From Bacteroidales bacterium (GTDB lineage: Bacteria > Bacteroidota > Bacteroidia > Bacteroidales > JAAUTT01), in NCBI GenBank assembly GCA_025350365.1, contig JANXXY010000188.1, positions 1-48,709 of the forward strand: a stretch of DNA of 48,709 bases. The letters run 5' to 3'. Positions 1 through 10,294 of this stretch are shown in pieces. Within the stretch, counting starts at the first letter, position 1; every line of letters begins with the position of its first letter. The translations under genes were made by a program, and so were the position numbers. The notes under the pieces were generated by a model, which saw only the letters and a program-made list of their open reading frames with translations, was not told the DNA's origin and made no database searches.

Positions 1-471
1 GTTCAACCGTTTAAGATAATCAAGCCGAATAGCATTTTCATATTTTCGTCCCCGTTTTTGAATTTGATTCACCAAAGTAGGCACCGATGCTCTCAAATAT
101 ATCACTAAATCAGGCGGTTGAATCAACGATGAAATCATCTCGAAAAGAGAGGAATAATTTTCATAATCCCGGGTTGACATCAGACCCATTGAGTGCAGGT
201 TTGGTGCAAAGATGTGTGCATCTTCATATATGGTTCGGTCCTGAACAACAGTCTTTCCCGATTCCCGAATCCGAATAATCTGGTTAAACCGGTTGTTTAG
301 AAAGAATACCTGCAAATTAAACGACCATCGTTGCATATCGTCGTAAAAATCATGTAGATATGGATTATCATCGACGTCCTCATAATGAGGTTGCCAATTG
401 TACTGTTTCGATAACAATCCGGTAAGTGTTGTCTTGCCCGATCCAATATTTCCTGCTACTGCAATGTGCAT
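1..471 (-). CDS. deoxynucleoside kinase (partial; C-terminus runs off the window start)
   Basis: The minus-strand frame from ATG (rc of cat at 469-471) reads MHIAVAGNIGSGKTTLTGLLSKQYNWQPHYEDVDDNPYLHDFYDDMQRWSFNLQVFF... It has the P-loop GNIGSGKTT and a dNK-family NPYL..FY.D..RW.F.LQ block. It is absent from the ORF track because there is no in-window stop. Confidence 0.8.
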   Translation of the reverse strand, partial: MHIAVAGNIGSGKTTLTGLLSKQYNWQPHYEDVDDNPYLHDFYDDMQRWSFNLQVFFLNNRFNQIIRIRESGKTVVQDRTIYEDAHIFAPNLHSMGLMSTRDYENYSSLFEMISSLIQPPDLVIYLRASVPTLVNQIQKRGRKYENAIRLDYLKRLN

Positions 472-535
472 ATCCAAAAATTTTTTTCTTTTATAAAGAT
501 AGAAAATCCTGCCTTTTAAACTAAAAAAGTAAGGG

Positions 536-2053
536 TTAGATTCTTTCCTGTGTGGCTAAAATTTGTTCAAGAAACTGGCGATCATTTGATAACCGCGGAA
601 CTTTATTTTGACCTCCCAGTTTCCCATTTTCTTTCATCCAGGTCAAAAAAGTGCCGCGTTTCATTACCCGCACAATTGGAAGTCGCAAAGTGATATTGTG
701 ATATCGTTTCGCTTCATAGTCAGAATTAAGCGAACAAAGAGCATTATCCAAAAGTGTGGTAAAATATTCGAGGTCTTTTGGTTCATTTTCGAATTCGATG
801 AGCCATTCGTGAGCGCCGTTGGTTTTTTCTCCCATAAAAACGGGACCTGCCGTATAATCACGGATTCCAGATTGTGTTTTTTCACAGGCTATTTGGAGTG
901 CTTTTTCAGCATTTTCGATGATCACCTCTTCGCCAAATGCATTGATAAAATGTCGTGTCCGTCCCGAAATCTTAATTCTATGTGGGAATGTAGAAGTAAA
1001 CACCACGGTATCTCCAATAATATATCTCCATAATCCTGAGTTAGTGGAAATTACAATTGCATAATTTTTCCCGGGAATTACTTTTTCGATGGTTATCGCC
1101 GTGGGATTGTCATTATTGTATTCATCCATCGGAATGAATTCATAAAAAATACCATAGTCCAGCATCAACAGCATCGATTCGATTGCCGGATCATCCTGTA
1201 TCGCGAAAAACCCCTCGGAAGCATTATAAGCTTCCATGTAATTCATAGATTCAGAAGGTATTATCCTTTTGAATTGTTCCTTATATGGACCAAAGTTCAC
1301 ACCACCATGAGTAAATAATTCCAGATTTGGCCAAACTTCAAGCAAATTATTTTTCCCAGTTTGTTGAAGTATATGCTTTATTAAAACGAGGTTCCATGAA
1401 GGAACTCCCGCAATATTGGTTACATTTTCCTTTACGGTAGTTTCTGTAATTTTTTCAAGCTTTTCTTCCCATATATCCCAAAGTGCTATTTCGGATTTTG
1501 GAGTACGGATAATGTCAACCCACCATGGCAGGTTTTCAATAAGGATTGCCGATAAATCGCCGTAATATGACTGATTACTAAAGTTGTTTATTTTATGACT
1601 CCCTCCGAGGGTAAGCCCTTTACCACTGTAAATTTTTGTGTTTGGATTATGCTCGGTGTAAATGGCCATAATATCCTTTCCACCCCTAAAATGGCAATCT
1701 TCCAGCGCCTCTTTTGTTACAGGTATAAACTTGCTTTTGTCACTGGTTGTACCCGATGATTTTGCAAACCACTTAATCTCACCGGGCCATAGGATGTTTG
1801 ATTCTCCATTTCGAAGCCGATTTACGAATGGTTTGATTTCCTCATATGTTTGAAGAGGAACAGATCGTTGAAAATCCTCCACCGTTTGAATTTTGTCGTA
1901 CTCATACTTTAGTCCCCATTCAGTATCTTTCGCCTTTTGTATCAGTTTGAATAAAGTTTCTTGCTGAACATTAAATGGGTATTGTTTAAATAACCCGATT
2001 TGGTAGAGTCGTTTAATATTGAACCAGCTTACAATAGAGTTTATTAGTTGCAT
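536..2053 (-). CDS. GH3 (auxin-responsive promoter) family adenylating enzyme homolog
   Basis: 505-aa ORF. The N-terminal W...IKRL..I..F...P...Q...L..LI..AKDTEWG..Y.Y and FAKSSGTTSDKSKFIPVT blocks are typical of the ~500-aa bacterial GH3 family. Confidence 0.8.
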   Translation of the reverse strand: MQLINSIVSWFNIKRLYQIGLFKQYPFNVQQETLFKLIQKAKDTEWGLKYEYDKIQTVEDFQRSVPLQTYEEIKPFVNRLRNGESNILWPGEIKWFAKSSGTTSDKSKFIPVTKEALEDCHFRGGKDIMAIYTEHNPNTKIYSGKGLTLGGSHKINNFSNQSYYGDLSAILIENLPWWVDIIRTPKSEIALWDIWEEKLEKITETTVKENVTNIAGVPSWNLVLIKHILQQTGKNNLLEVWPNLELFTHGGVNFGPYKEQFKRIIPSESMNYMEAYNASEGFFAIQDDPAIESMLLMLDYGIFYEFIPMDEYNNDNPTAITIEKVIPGKNYAIVISTNSGLWRYIIGDTVVFTSTFPHRIKISGRTRHFINAFGEEVIIENAEKALQIACEKTQSGIRDYTAGPVFMGEKTNGAHEWLIEFENEPKDLEYFTTLLDNALCSLNSDYEAKRYHNITLRLPIVRVMKRGTFLTWMKENGKLGGQNKVPRLSNDRQFLEQILATQERI

Positions 2054-2136
2054 TTTTCTTCTGATTGCTTTGTCTTCAAATATACACTCATAAAAGTTAA
2101 ATATCTAATAATTTCGTATGATGATGCTATAACACA

Positions 2137-2172
2137 ATAATGCCAAACCTTTCTGAAAAAGTTTGGCATTAT
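2137..2172 (-). terminator. hairpin downstream of queA (12-13 bp perfect stem, 12-nt loop)
   Basis: ataatgccaaac (2137-2148) is the exact reverse complement of gtttggcattat (2161-2172). It lies 37 nt past the queA stop. There is no clear U-run on the minus strand, so its termination role is tentative. Confidence 0.4.
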
Positions 2173-2208
2173 TTATTATTTAATTATTAGTAACCTGATA
2201 AATTCGGC

Positions 2209-3258
2209 TTATAATATCAACATGGCATCTCCATAAGTTCCAAAATGGTATTTCTCTTTAATTGCAACTTTATAAGCCTCAAAAAGAGCGTCATAACCCG
2301 AAAATGCAGATACCATCATCAACAAAGTGGAAAGCGGCAAATGAAAGTTTGAAATCATTCGGTTTGGAATATTAAATTCATAAGGGGGGAAGATGAATTT
2401 ATTAGTCCACCCGTCATAAGGTTTCAGCTGCTTTACTGTTGATACTGAACTTTCCAGTGTCCGAAGAACGGTTGTTCCAACGGCACATATGTTAGAACGA
2501 CGTTCAATGCCCTCATTTACTATTTTTACGGCATCGTCTCCAATAATTATTCTTTCCGAGTCCATCTTATGTTTGGTAAGATCTTCTACATCAACGGTAC
2601 GGAAATTACCCAAACCAACATGCAAGGTAATTTCGGCAAAATCCACACCCTTTATTTCTAATCGTTTTAAAAGCTCCCTGCTAAAATGTAACCCTGCGGT
2701 TGGAGCAGCAACAGCGCCTTCGTGCTTTGCAAAAACGGTTTGATATCGTTCACGGTCTTCAGGAACAACATCCCGTTTAATAAATTTTGGAAGTGGAGTT
2801 TCGCCAAGTTTATACAGAGTAGCTTTAAACTCATCATAATCACCATCATAAAGGAATCGAAGTGTTCTTCCTCTGGAGGTTGTATTGTCGATGACTTCTG
2901 CAACGAGCATGTCGTTTTCTCCAAAATACAATTTATTTCCAATTCTGATTTTTCTTGCGGGATCAACTAAAACATCCCACAGACGTTGTTCACGGTTTAA
3001 TTCGCGTAAGAGAAAAACTTCAATTTCGGCTCCGGTTTTTTCTTTATTTCCATACAACCGGGCAGGAAAAACCTTGGTATTGTTAAATACCATTACGTCA
3101 CCTTCATCAAAGTAATCGATAATTTCTTTAAATATCTTGTGTTCAATCTTTCCGGAGTCTTTATGCAACACCATTAACCTGGATTCATCTCTGTTAGGTG
3201 ATGGAAACTTTGCAATCAGCTCAAGAGGGAGATTGAATTTGTATTGCGATAACTTCAT
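2209..3258 (-). CDS. queA: S-adenosylmethionine:tRNA ribosyltransferase-isomerase
   Basis: 349 aa. It shows [19 protein letters not shown]...[21 protein letters not shown] and AAPTAGLHF, the canonical QueA blocks and length. Confidence 0.95.
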   Translation of the reverse strand: MKLSQYKFNLPLELIAKFPSPNRDESRLMVLHKDSGKIEHKIFKEIIDYFDEGDVMVFNNTKVFPARLYGNKEKTGAEIEVFLLRELNREQRLWDVLVDPARKIRIGNKLYFGENDMLVAEVIDNTTSRGRTLRFLYDGDYDEFKATLYKLGETPLPKFIKRDVVPEDRERYQTVFAKHEGAVAAPTAGLHFSRELLKRLEIKGVDFAEITLHVGLGNFRTVDVEDLTKHKMDSERIIIGDDAVKIVNEGIERRSNICAVGTTVLRTLESSVSTVKQLKPYDGWTNKFIFPPYEFNIPNRMISNFHLPLSTLLMMVSAFSGYDALFEAYKVAIKEKYHFGTYGDAMLIL

Positions 3259-3308
3259 ATCTTATTTATGTAATTTGAGTTTCGTTTTACGTACACTTTT
3301 AAAAATGG

Positions 3309-3992
3309 TTACAAAAGTGCTAATTTATTTTTAAATTCTTCTATAGTAAGTGCATTATTTAATTTGTAAGCTCCAATAGCTGTACGTTTTAAAGCAATCA
3401 TACAGGCTCCGCTATTTAGTTGAACTCCTATATCCCTAACCAACGAGCGGATGTATGTGCCTTTGCTGCAACGTACACGAATGGTAATCTCAGGAAAATC
3501 GACCGAAAGTAATTCTATTTCATGAATAGTAATTCTACTTGGTTTCATTTCTACTTCCTCACCTTTACGTGCATATTCGTAAGCTCTTTTACCATCGATA
3601 AATTTTGCTGAAAATACAGGTGGAATCTGATCCAATTCACCTACAAATTCTGTAAGGGCTTCATTAATTGCTTCTTTATTAATATGGTCTATAGGATATT
3701 CTTTATCAAAATCGGTTTCAAGGTCAAATGACGGAGTTGTTTTACCAAAAAGTATGCCAGCTATGTATTCTTTTTCCTGATCCTGAAAAGAATTTATTTG
3801 TTTGGTAGATTTCCCGGTACAAACAATCAATAAACCCGTTGCAAGCGGATCAAGTGTTCCGGCATGTCCAACTTTTATTTTTGGATAGTTGTATTTGGTT
3901 CTTATCATGTTACGAACTTTTCTTACCAGATCGAAAGACGTCCATTGATATGGCTTATCAAATAATAGAACTTCACCTTCAATAAAATTCAC
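3309..3992 (-). CDS. truB: tRNA pseudouridine(55) synthase
   Basis: 227 aa. It has the GHAGTLDPLATGLL catalytic-Asp motif and KGTYIRSL.RD. Confidence 0.95.
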   Translation of the reverse strand: MNFIEGEVLLFDKPYQWTSFDLVRKVRNMIRTKYNYPKIKVGHAGTLDPLATGLLIVCTGKSTKQINSFQDQEKEYIAGILFGKTTPSFDLETDFDKEYPIDHINKEAINEALTEFVGELDQIPPVFSAKFIDGKRAYEYARKGEEVEMKPSRITIHEIELLSVDFPEITIRVRCSKGTYIRSLVRDIGVQLNSGACMIALKRTAIGAYKLNNALTIEEFKNKLALL

Positions 3993-4041
3993 TAATAATA
4001 GAATATATAAGTTAATTTGTTTTAAACCACCAATTCTCTAA

Positions 4042-4851
4042 TTAACCTGTTATATTCAGGTTAACTTTTAATATTATAAGAATTAACATAGTAATTCCAA
4101 CAATGATGCGGTAATAACCGAATAGCTTGAAACCGTGTTTTTGCAAGTATCCAATTAAAAATTTCACTGCTATTAATGCAACAACAAATGAAACAATACT
4201 CCCTATAGCGAGGGTGCTCATGTTTGATGAGTTAATTACATCAGGATGATCCTTATAAACATCGTAAAAACTTTTTACCGAGGCAGCGAACATAGTAGGT
4301 ACGGCCAACAAAAACGAAAATTCGGCCGCCAGGCTACGTGTAAGTTTCTGACTCATCCCTCCTATAATAGTTGCAGCACTGCGGCTAAGTCCGGGTAAAA
4401 TAATTGAAAGCGTTTGAAACCAGCCAATGATAAACGCTTTTTTGTAGGAAAGATTTTCTTCCTCCGATATTACAGGTTTATTAAACATCTTGTCGATAAA
4501 TAAGAGTAAAATACCCCCTCCTATCATAACACATGAGATAAACACCAAACTTTCCAATGCTGATTCAATATACTTTTTGAGAAGTAGTCCAATAATAATA
4601 GCTGGTATCATGGCAATTACCAGTTTAATATAAAAACTAGTCCGTTTGAAATCAAAGAATTTTTTCCGATATATCACCACAACAGACAAAATAGCTGCAA
4701 GTTGAATAACCACTTCAAACATATTTACAAAAGGAGATTGTTCAACACCAAGTAGTGGGTTGGTAAATTTCATATGAGCAGTGCTGGAGATAGGTAAAAA
4801 TTCGGTAATGCCTTCTACAATGGCAAGGATAACAGCCTCAATCCAATTCAT
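4042..4851 (-). CDS. uppP: undecaprenyl-diphosphate phosphatase
   Basis: 269-aa polytopic membrane protein with the EGITEFLPISSTAH and PGLSRSAATI motifs of BacA/UppP. Confidence 0.95.
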   Translation of the reverse strand: MNWIEAVILAIVEGITEFLPISSTAHMKFTNPLLGVEQSPFVNMFEVVIQLAAILSVVVIYRKKFFDFKRTSFYIKLVIAMIPAIIIGLLLKKYIESALESLVFISCVMIGGGILLLFIDKMFNKPVISEEENLSYKKAFIIGWFQTLSIILPGLSRSAATIIGGMSQKLTRSLAAEFSFLLAVPTMFAASVKSFYDVYKDHPDVINSSNMSTLAIGSIVSFVVALIAVKFLIGYLQKHGFKLFGYYRIIVGITMLILIILKVNLNITG

Positions 4852-4875
4852 TAATTCGTTACTTTAAGTTATTGA

Positions 4876-5145
4876 TTATTGATTATTAACGTCTTTTGGT
4901 GTTTTCATAATTGCCCATATTCCAAAGGCAAAACCAAAGACAACAATAATAGGAGCTATTATGGTGCGTTGCGCATTAAACACTTCATGATTAAATACGT
5001 TTGGATCTTCTGATCGGCCCCCAATCATTAACAGAAAACCAATGATTATTATTACAAACGTAATAATTAGATATTTGTAGTTTTCTTTTGGAATAGCGAA
5101 TTCCGGTTCTTTTGAGCTTTCATTTTTCTTTGCTGACATATTCAA
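4876..5145 (-). CDS. DUF3098 small membrane protein
   Basis: 89 aa with two TM helices (YLIITFVIIIIGFLLMIGG ; IIAPIIVVFGFAFGIWAIM). It sits between ftsX and uppP, as is usual in Bacteroidota. Confidence 0.7.
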   Translation of the reverse strand: MNMSAKKNESSKEPEFAIPKENYKYLIITFVIIIIGFLLMIGGRSEDPNVFNHEVFNAQRTIIAPIIVVFGFAFGIWAIMKTPKDVNNQ

Positions 5146-5149
5146 TTAT

Positions 5150-6028
5150 TTAATAAAATAAATCGTCCGTTTTTAATTTTAAATATTTATTTACTGCAAA
5201 ATAAGTTGAAATTAAATTAATTACAACTCCCATAATGAGAAGTATCAAACATAATAAAAATACCGAAGTAAAATCGGTGAGTTTAACAATATCTTCCAAT
5301 TGTTTTTCGGCCCAAAAAAGGGTTAAAACAATCAATGAAACCGCAATAATAGTTCCATAAATTCCATGAAGAATACTTTTGTAAAGAAATGGCTTTCGAA
5401 TGAACGAACTTGTCGCACCAACCAGTTGCATGGTATGAATAAGGAATCGTTTCGAATAAACTGATAGCCGGATGGTATTATTTATTAATGAAATGGCAAT
5501 AACAAAAAGTAATCCGCAAAACATCAGAATAATAGCACTAATTCTTTTAACGTTTTGATCAATCAGGTGTACTAACGATTTCTGATAGTATATTTCTTTT
5601 ACCTGTTCAAGATTTTTCAAATCCTTTTCAATCATGGCCACACTATCGGTGTTGGCAAATCGTGCATACAGTTTTACCTCAATTGACGAAAGTAATGGAT
5701 TATATCCTAAGAAATTAACGAAATCTTCGCCATATTCCTGCTGAAATTCTTTAGCTGCTCTTTCTTTTGTAATGTATTCAGTAGATTTCACATACCTTGT
5801 GGCATCAAGATTTTTCTGTAATCGAAGAATATCCGCCTCTTTTATTCCTTCTTTCATAATTACCGAAAACCCGATATTTTCCTTGACAATTTCGGATATT
5901 TTATTGGTATTTATAAATAAAATACCAACCAAACCCAGCATGAAAAGTACAAGAGATATTGAGATGAGCGATGTAATATACGAACTTCGTAATCGACGCT
6001 TTAAAACATTTGTTTCTCTCGTCTTCAC
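5150..6028 (-). CDS. ftsX: cell-division permease-like protein FtsX
   Basis: 292 aa. It has an N-terminal TM, a periplasmic alpha/beta insert, then three C-terminal TMs with the FtsX-family layout (RLSVYSKRFLIHTMQLVGAT). Confidence 0.85.
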   Translation of the reverse strand: MKTRETNVLKRRLRSSYITSLISISLVLFMLGLVGILFINTNKISEIVKENIGFSVIMKEGIKEADILRLQKNLDATRYVKSTEYITKERAAKEFQQEYGEDFVNFLGYNPLLSSIEVKLYARFANTDSVAMIEKDLKNLEQVKEIYYQKSLVHLIDQNVKRISAIILMFCGLLFVIAISLINNTIRLSVYSKRFLIHTMQLVGATSSFIRKPFLYKSILHGIYGTIIAVSLIVLTLFWAEKQLEDIVKLTDFTSVFLLCLILLIMGVVINLISTYFAVNKYLKLKTDDLFY

Positions 6029-6293
6029 AAGAATATTATTAGTTATTTAAGCTTCTATAACCTCGAAGCTGAAAGAATATCTACCTTTTTTACACATCAC
6101 TTTACCACTGAAATAGATCATTACACAACTTATTAACACTGTCATTTAATGAAAATATTGAGGCTCTTTCATTCGTGCAAAAGTATTAAATAAATCTATT
6201 TTATCAGCTTTTAAGGATAGCTAAAATTTGGGTTCTCCTTTATTCAGGAACAAATAGTAAAAACCCCCGTCTTTGGTAACAAGGGCTCAATGG

Positions 6294-7319
6294 TTATTTT
6301 TCTTCCAGAATGGTTACCCAATTGAATGGATCAGGAATTTCTCCATATTGAATTCCAATAAAATGTTCATAAAGCTTTTGCGAGACAGGTCCTGCTTTGC
6401 AATCTTTACAAAACTGATAGGTTTTTTTATTCTCCCTGTCATCCACTTTATTGATAGGACTTATAACAGCCGCTGTTCCGCAAGCTCCCGCTTCTTCAAA
6501 GGACGAAAGTTCATCCACAGAAATTTTTCTGCGTTCAACCTTCATACCCAAATATTCAGCAAGTTGCATAAGACTTTTATTAGTGATGGAAGGCAGTATG
6601 CTTGTTGAATCAGGTGTGATATAGGTATTATTCTTAATCGCGAAGAAATTGGCTGTTCCGGCTTCGTCAATGTATTTTTTTTCGCGGGCATCAAGGTATA
6701 AAACAGCGGCATATCCCAGGTTATGGGCTTTTTCCTGAGCAGGAAGGCTGGCTGCATAGTTTCCTCCAACTTTTACATGACCTGTTCCAAGAGGAGCCGC
6801 TCTGTCAGTATCCCGCTCAATAACAATGTCAATAGGAGAAAAACCTTTTTTATAATATGGACCAACAGGAGTCACAAAAATGATTAACAAAAACTCGTCC
6901 GAAGATTTAACTCCAACCTGAGGCCCCGTACCAATTAAAAGAGGGCGAATATATAAGGACGCTCCTGATTCGAATGGAGGAACATATTCTGCATTAAGCT
7001 GAACCACTTTTTTAACAGCATTTACAAATAAATCAACAGTAGGGATGGCAAGTCGAATATACGCAGCGGTGTTTGCCATACGATTGGCGTTTTCCTCAAC
7101 CCGGAAAAGACGAATTTTGCCATCTTTACCACGATAAGCCTTTAATCCTTCAAAAGCTTCCTGCCCGTAATGAAGCGCTGTTGCAGCCATATGCATATTA
7201 ATATCTTCCGATGAACTTATTTCAAGTTCACCCCATGCACCGTTTCTGTAATAACATCGAACATTATACTTGGTTTTTACATAACCGAACGGCAGGTTTT
7301 TCCAATCTAAATTAATCAT
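6294..7319 (-). CDS. ilvE: branched-chain amino acid aminotransferase (class IV PLP)
   Basis: 341 aa. It shows HYGQEAFEGLKAYR, YIRP, GNYAASL and a GTAAVI-type C-terminal block. Confidence 0.9.
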   Translation of the reverse strand: MINLDWKNLPFGYVKTKYNVRCYYRNGAWGELEISSSEDINMHMAATALHYGQEAFEGLKAYRGKDGKIRLFRVEENANRMANTAAYIRLAIPTVDLFVNAVKKVVQLNAEYVPPFESGASLYIRPLLIGTGPQVGVKSSDEFLLIIFVTPVGPYYKKGFSPIDIVIERDTDRAAPLGTGHVKVGGNYAASLPAQEKAHNLGYAAVLYLDAREKKYIDEAGTANFFAIKNNTYITPDSTSILPSITNKSLMQLAEYLGMKVERRKISVDELSSFEEAGACGTAAVISPINKVDDRENKKTYQFCKDCKAGPVSQKLYEHFIGIQYGEIPDPFNWVTILEEK

Positions 7320-7385
7320 GACCTGATAATTGTTATTTTATTAAGATTTACAAAGTTAATGAATTCAGTTTACTTGTTTTATGGT

Positions 7386-10169
7386 TTATAAATAAAATTT
7401 GCCTTTTTCGCGAAGCTTTTGAATCTGTTCCTGAGCAGAAACTTCGCGTAATAGTTTTGCCGTATTGGTATAAAAAACATATTGCTCCAAAAATTTTTGT
7501 TGCTGGTTAAACCACTCTTCTTCCGATATATTTGGCGTTCTTTCTTTTACTTCTTTAAAACGGTTCTTGATGTTTATAAAGTAATCAACTCTGCCTAAAT
7601 AATTCAAACTTGCATCGAGTAATATTTTTTCAAGCTTATTTGATAAATTTTGTACACGTTGGGTACCATGAATCAAATCTGTTACTACTTTAATTTGTTC
7701 GTCGGAATACTTGAATTTGGGTAAAATTTCACGGGCAAATTTTTTGCTTGCATGAATATAATCTGAATAGTTTGTAATGAAACCTATATTTAAGAATAAT
7801 GCCGCTGTTCGAAGCAACAACAATTCTTCAGGTGAAGTACCTTCTGCCCTTCCAATTAATTCTACCTGAGTGTATGTATCTTTCGTGTATTTAGCATTGT
7901 GGAAGTATAAATTTTTTGGCAATTCGTTGTTTAGCTTTTCAATAACATATTCTTCCAGATCGTGTAATCTAAGTGCTTGGAGTTGCAAAAAAAACTTTTT
8001 GTTAGGAACGATCTTTAAATCCACTGATAATTCAGGTCTTATGCCCTTTACAAAATACATATCGATGTCTCCTTTGTATTTAACAGGCATTTTACCTCTG
8101 TTTTCACAGATGAAAAAATCTTTTACCAAATCAAATGTGTGACCCGAGATATTTACTTTACCGGCTTCACCTGACGATTCCATGCGGCTGGCCGTGTTTA
8201 CCGTGTCTCCCCAGATATCGTAGGAATAGCGTTTATGTCCCACTACACCGGCAATAACAGCACCCGTATGAATACCAATCCGTAAGTCCCAGATATTATT
8301 GTTTTTAAGTCGCAGGTGTTTCATATATTCTTGCATTTCGAGGGCTGCAAGAACAACTTCTACAGGATTGGTGCGGTTTTTATAGGGTATACCGCCTGCA
8401 CACATATAAGCATCTCCAATGGTTTTAATTTTTTCGATGTTATATTTATCTGCCACTGAATCAAAATGAAAAAAGAAACTATCCAGTTCGTCAATCAGAT
8501 TCTCGGGATTCATTTGCTCAACTATTTTCGAAAAGCCCTGAATGTCTGAGAAAAGAACCGTAACCATATTGAATTTTTGAGAAGTGGCCTTCCCTGTTTT
8601 TTTTAGTTCGTCGGCGGTATCTTTGGGTAGAAGGTTTGCCAATAATTCATCCGTTTTGGACTTTTCTCTTCTCAATTCGGCAGTACGTTGATTGATAATG
8701 TTTTCCAATTTCGTCTTTTCCATGTGGAAATCAAGCCTGCGTTTTCGAAAATACAATATAATAATGGTTAGCGCAACCGAAATGTAAAACAACCAGGCCC
8801 ACCACCTGATGTATAAGGGAGCTTTGATACTAAAAGAAAAGATTGCTTCGGGAGAAATTTTTCCCTGACTGTTTTTGCCTTTTACCCTGAAAGTATAATT
8901 TCCCTGTGGTAAATTATTATATACGATACTTTTATTTAAACGCCATTCGGACCATTTAGAGTCAAATCCGTCAAGAATAGACGAGAAAACAATGTTACTC
9001 CCACTCCTGTAATCTGTTACAGTATATTCGAATGAAAGGTGGCGAGTTGCAGGATTTAACTGTATGGAAGGCTTATTATGTTTTGCCTGCGGTTCGTAAT
9101 GGTATAAAATAGAATCTCCTTCAATAAAAACTTTTGTTAATACTACTGCAAAGTTTTTATTGGATAAGGGTAAATTCTTTTCGTTAAAAAAATCAATCCG
9201 AATAAGACTATGGTTATAAAGAAGCCACAAACTTTCGTTTTTATCATAAAGCAAATCTTTTAAATCATTATTGTTAGATGGCTTGCAGTTTAATGGCAGT
9301 ATCGTATTGTTCTTTTCATCTAGCAGATACGATTGTGAATTTTGCATTAAAATTAACAGTTTGCCTGGAAATATTTCAATCGATTTTGTGAAATTATTCC
9401 AATCAATGGATTTATTTGTGAAGGTTGTAACAGGAACCAAGGTGGATTTATTAAGTGCAATAAGCCCCTTAAAAGCGTGTGGTTTTATCCAAATAAATTC
9501 AGATCCTTCTTCCAGATCAATAATCCCATTATTTACTGATAAAAATTTTTGTTTTGAGAACACCTCACTCCTTTTTCCCGAAATCCTTTTAATTTCGTGC
9601 TCTTTACTTTTTACAAGATAAATGCATTCGTTCCCTTTAAAAATTTTCAATCCGGTGGCCGAGGAGTCCGCTTCATTTAAAGAATTGTTACTAAATAGCC
9701 AAAGTTTATTTTTAGAACTGATATATAGGTTATTATCAACATAGAAAGCTTCTTCCGGTTGTTTCCAATTCTGTAAAACTGCAGGAATAATGATTGTATC
9801 AATAAATTGTTTATCAGCGGAATAATTGATTCTTCCTAAAAAAGATGAATTTACAACAACCATATTGTTGTGAATATCCTCTTCCATAAGCTGTTTCCCT
9901 TTGCATGGAATGAGAATCCAATTGCTACCGTCATATTGAAGTATACCCGTATCAGTAGATATAAACAGGATATTTTGTTGATTGCAAATAATGCGATAAG
10001 ACGTTTTTTGCCCAAAATTAAAATTAAATGTAGTAATGGCAGTATTTATCTCGTATGTGGTAACGTTTTGACCCAATCCCACGTATAGAAAAATAAACAA
10101 TGATAATATAAAAAGAATTTTTTTCTTATCATTTTGATTAGAATTCTTATATTTATTGGGTTTAATCAT
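7386..10169 (-). CDS. membrane-anchored class III adenylate cyclase with periplasmic propeller/Y_Y_Y sensor region and degenerate HD-like C-terminal module
   Basis: 927 aa. There is an N-terminal hydrophobic anchor, then a long repeat region ending in a Y_Y_Y-type module (NYTFRVKGKNSQGKISPEA) followed by a TM (WWAWLFYISVALTIIILYF). A coiled coil precedes the cyclase core: LFSDIQGFS, KIKTIGDAYMCAGG, RIGIHTGAVIAGVVG, YDIWGDTVNTASRMES. Confidence 0.85.
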   Translation of the reverse strand: MIKPNKYKNSNQNDKKKILFILSLFIFLYVGLGQNVTTYEINTAITTFNFNFGQKTSYRIICNQQNILFISTDTGILQYDGSNWILIPCKGKQLMEEDIHNNMVVVNSSFLGRINYSADKQFIDTIIIPAVLQNWKQPEEAFYVDNNLYISSKNKLWLFSNNSLNEADSSATGLKIFKGNECIYLVKSKEHEIKRISGKRSEVFSKQKFLSVNNGIIDLEEGSEFIWIKPHAFKGLIALNKSTLVPVTTFTNKSIDWNNFTKSIEIFPGKLLILMQNSQSYLLDEKNNTILPLNCKPSNNNDLKDLLYDKNESLWLLYNHSLIRIDFFNEKNLPLSNKNFAVVLTKVFIEGDSILYHYEPQAKHNKPSIQLNPATRHLSFEYTVTDYRSGSNIVFSSILDGFDSKWSEWRLNKSIVYNNLPQGNYTFRVKGKNSQGKISPEAIFSFSIKAPLYIRWWAWLFYISVALTIIILYFRKRRLDFHMEKTKLENIINQRTAELRREKSKTDELLANLLPKDTADELKKTGKATSQKFNMVTVLFSDIQGFSKIVEQMNPENLIDELDSFFFHFDSVADKYNIEKIKTIGDAYMCAGGIPYKNRTNPVEVVLAALEMQEYMKHLRLKNNNIWDLRIGIHTGAVIAGVVGHKRYSYDIWGDTVNTASRMESSGEAGKVNISGHTFDLVKDFFICENRGKMPVKYKGDIDMYFVKGIRPELSVDLKIVPNKKFFLQLQALRLHDLEEYVIEKLNNELPKNLYFHNAKYTKDTYTQVELIGRAEGTSPEELLLLRTAALFLNIGFITNYSDYIHASKKFAREILPKFKYSDEQIKVVTDLIHGTQRVQNLSNKLEKILLDASLNYLGRVDYFINIKNRFKEVKERTPNISEEEWFNQQQKFLEQYVFYTNTAKLLREVSAQEQIQKLREKGKFYL

Positions 10170-10294
10170 ACGCGTATTGCTTCAATTTCAAAGATACTGT
10201 TTTTCTTTATTTATAAGTAAGATACTCAGAAATGAGCAAATATTCATGAAGTACTTAAATACAATTTAATAATTTCAACAAATAATTTGTAACC

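Noticed and set aside
608-1033. 141-aa plus-strand ORF inside the GH3-like gene (also 664-885 and 1662-1853)
   Set aside because: These are antisense or alternative-frame ORFs within a well-supported 505-aa gene, with no motifs.
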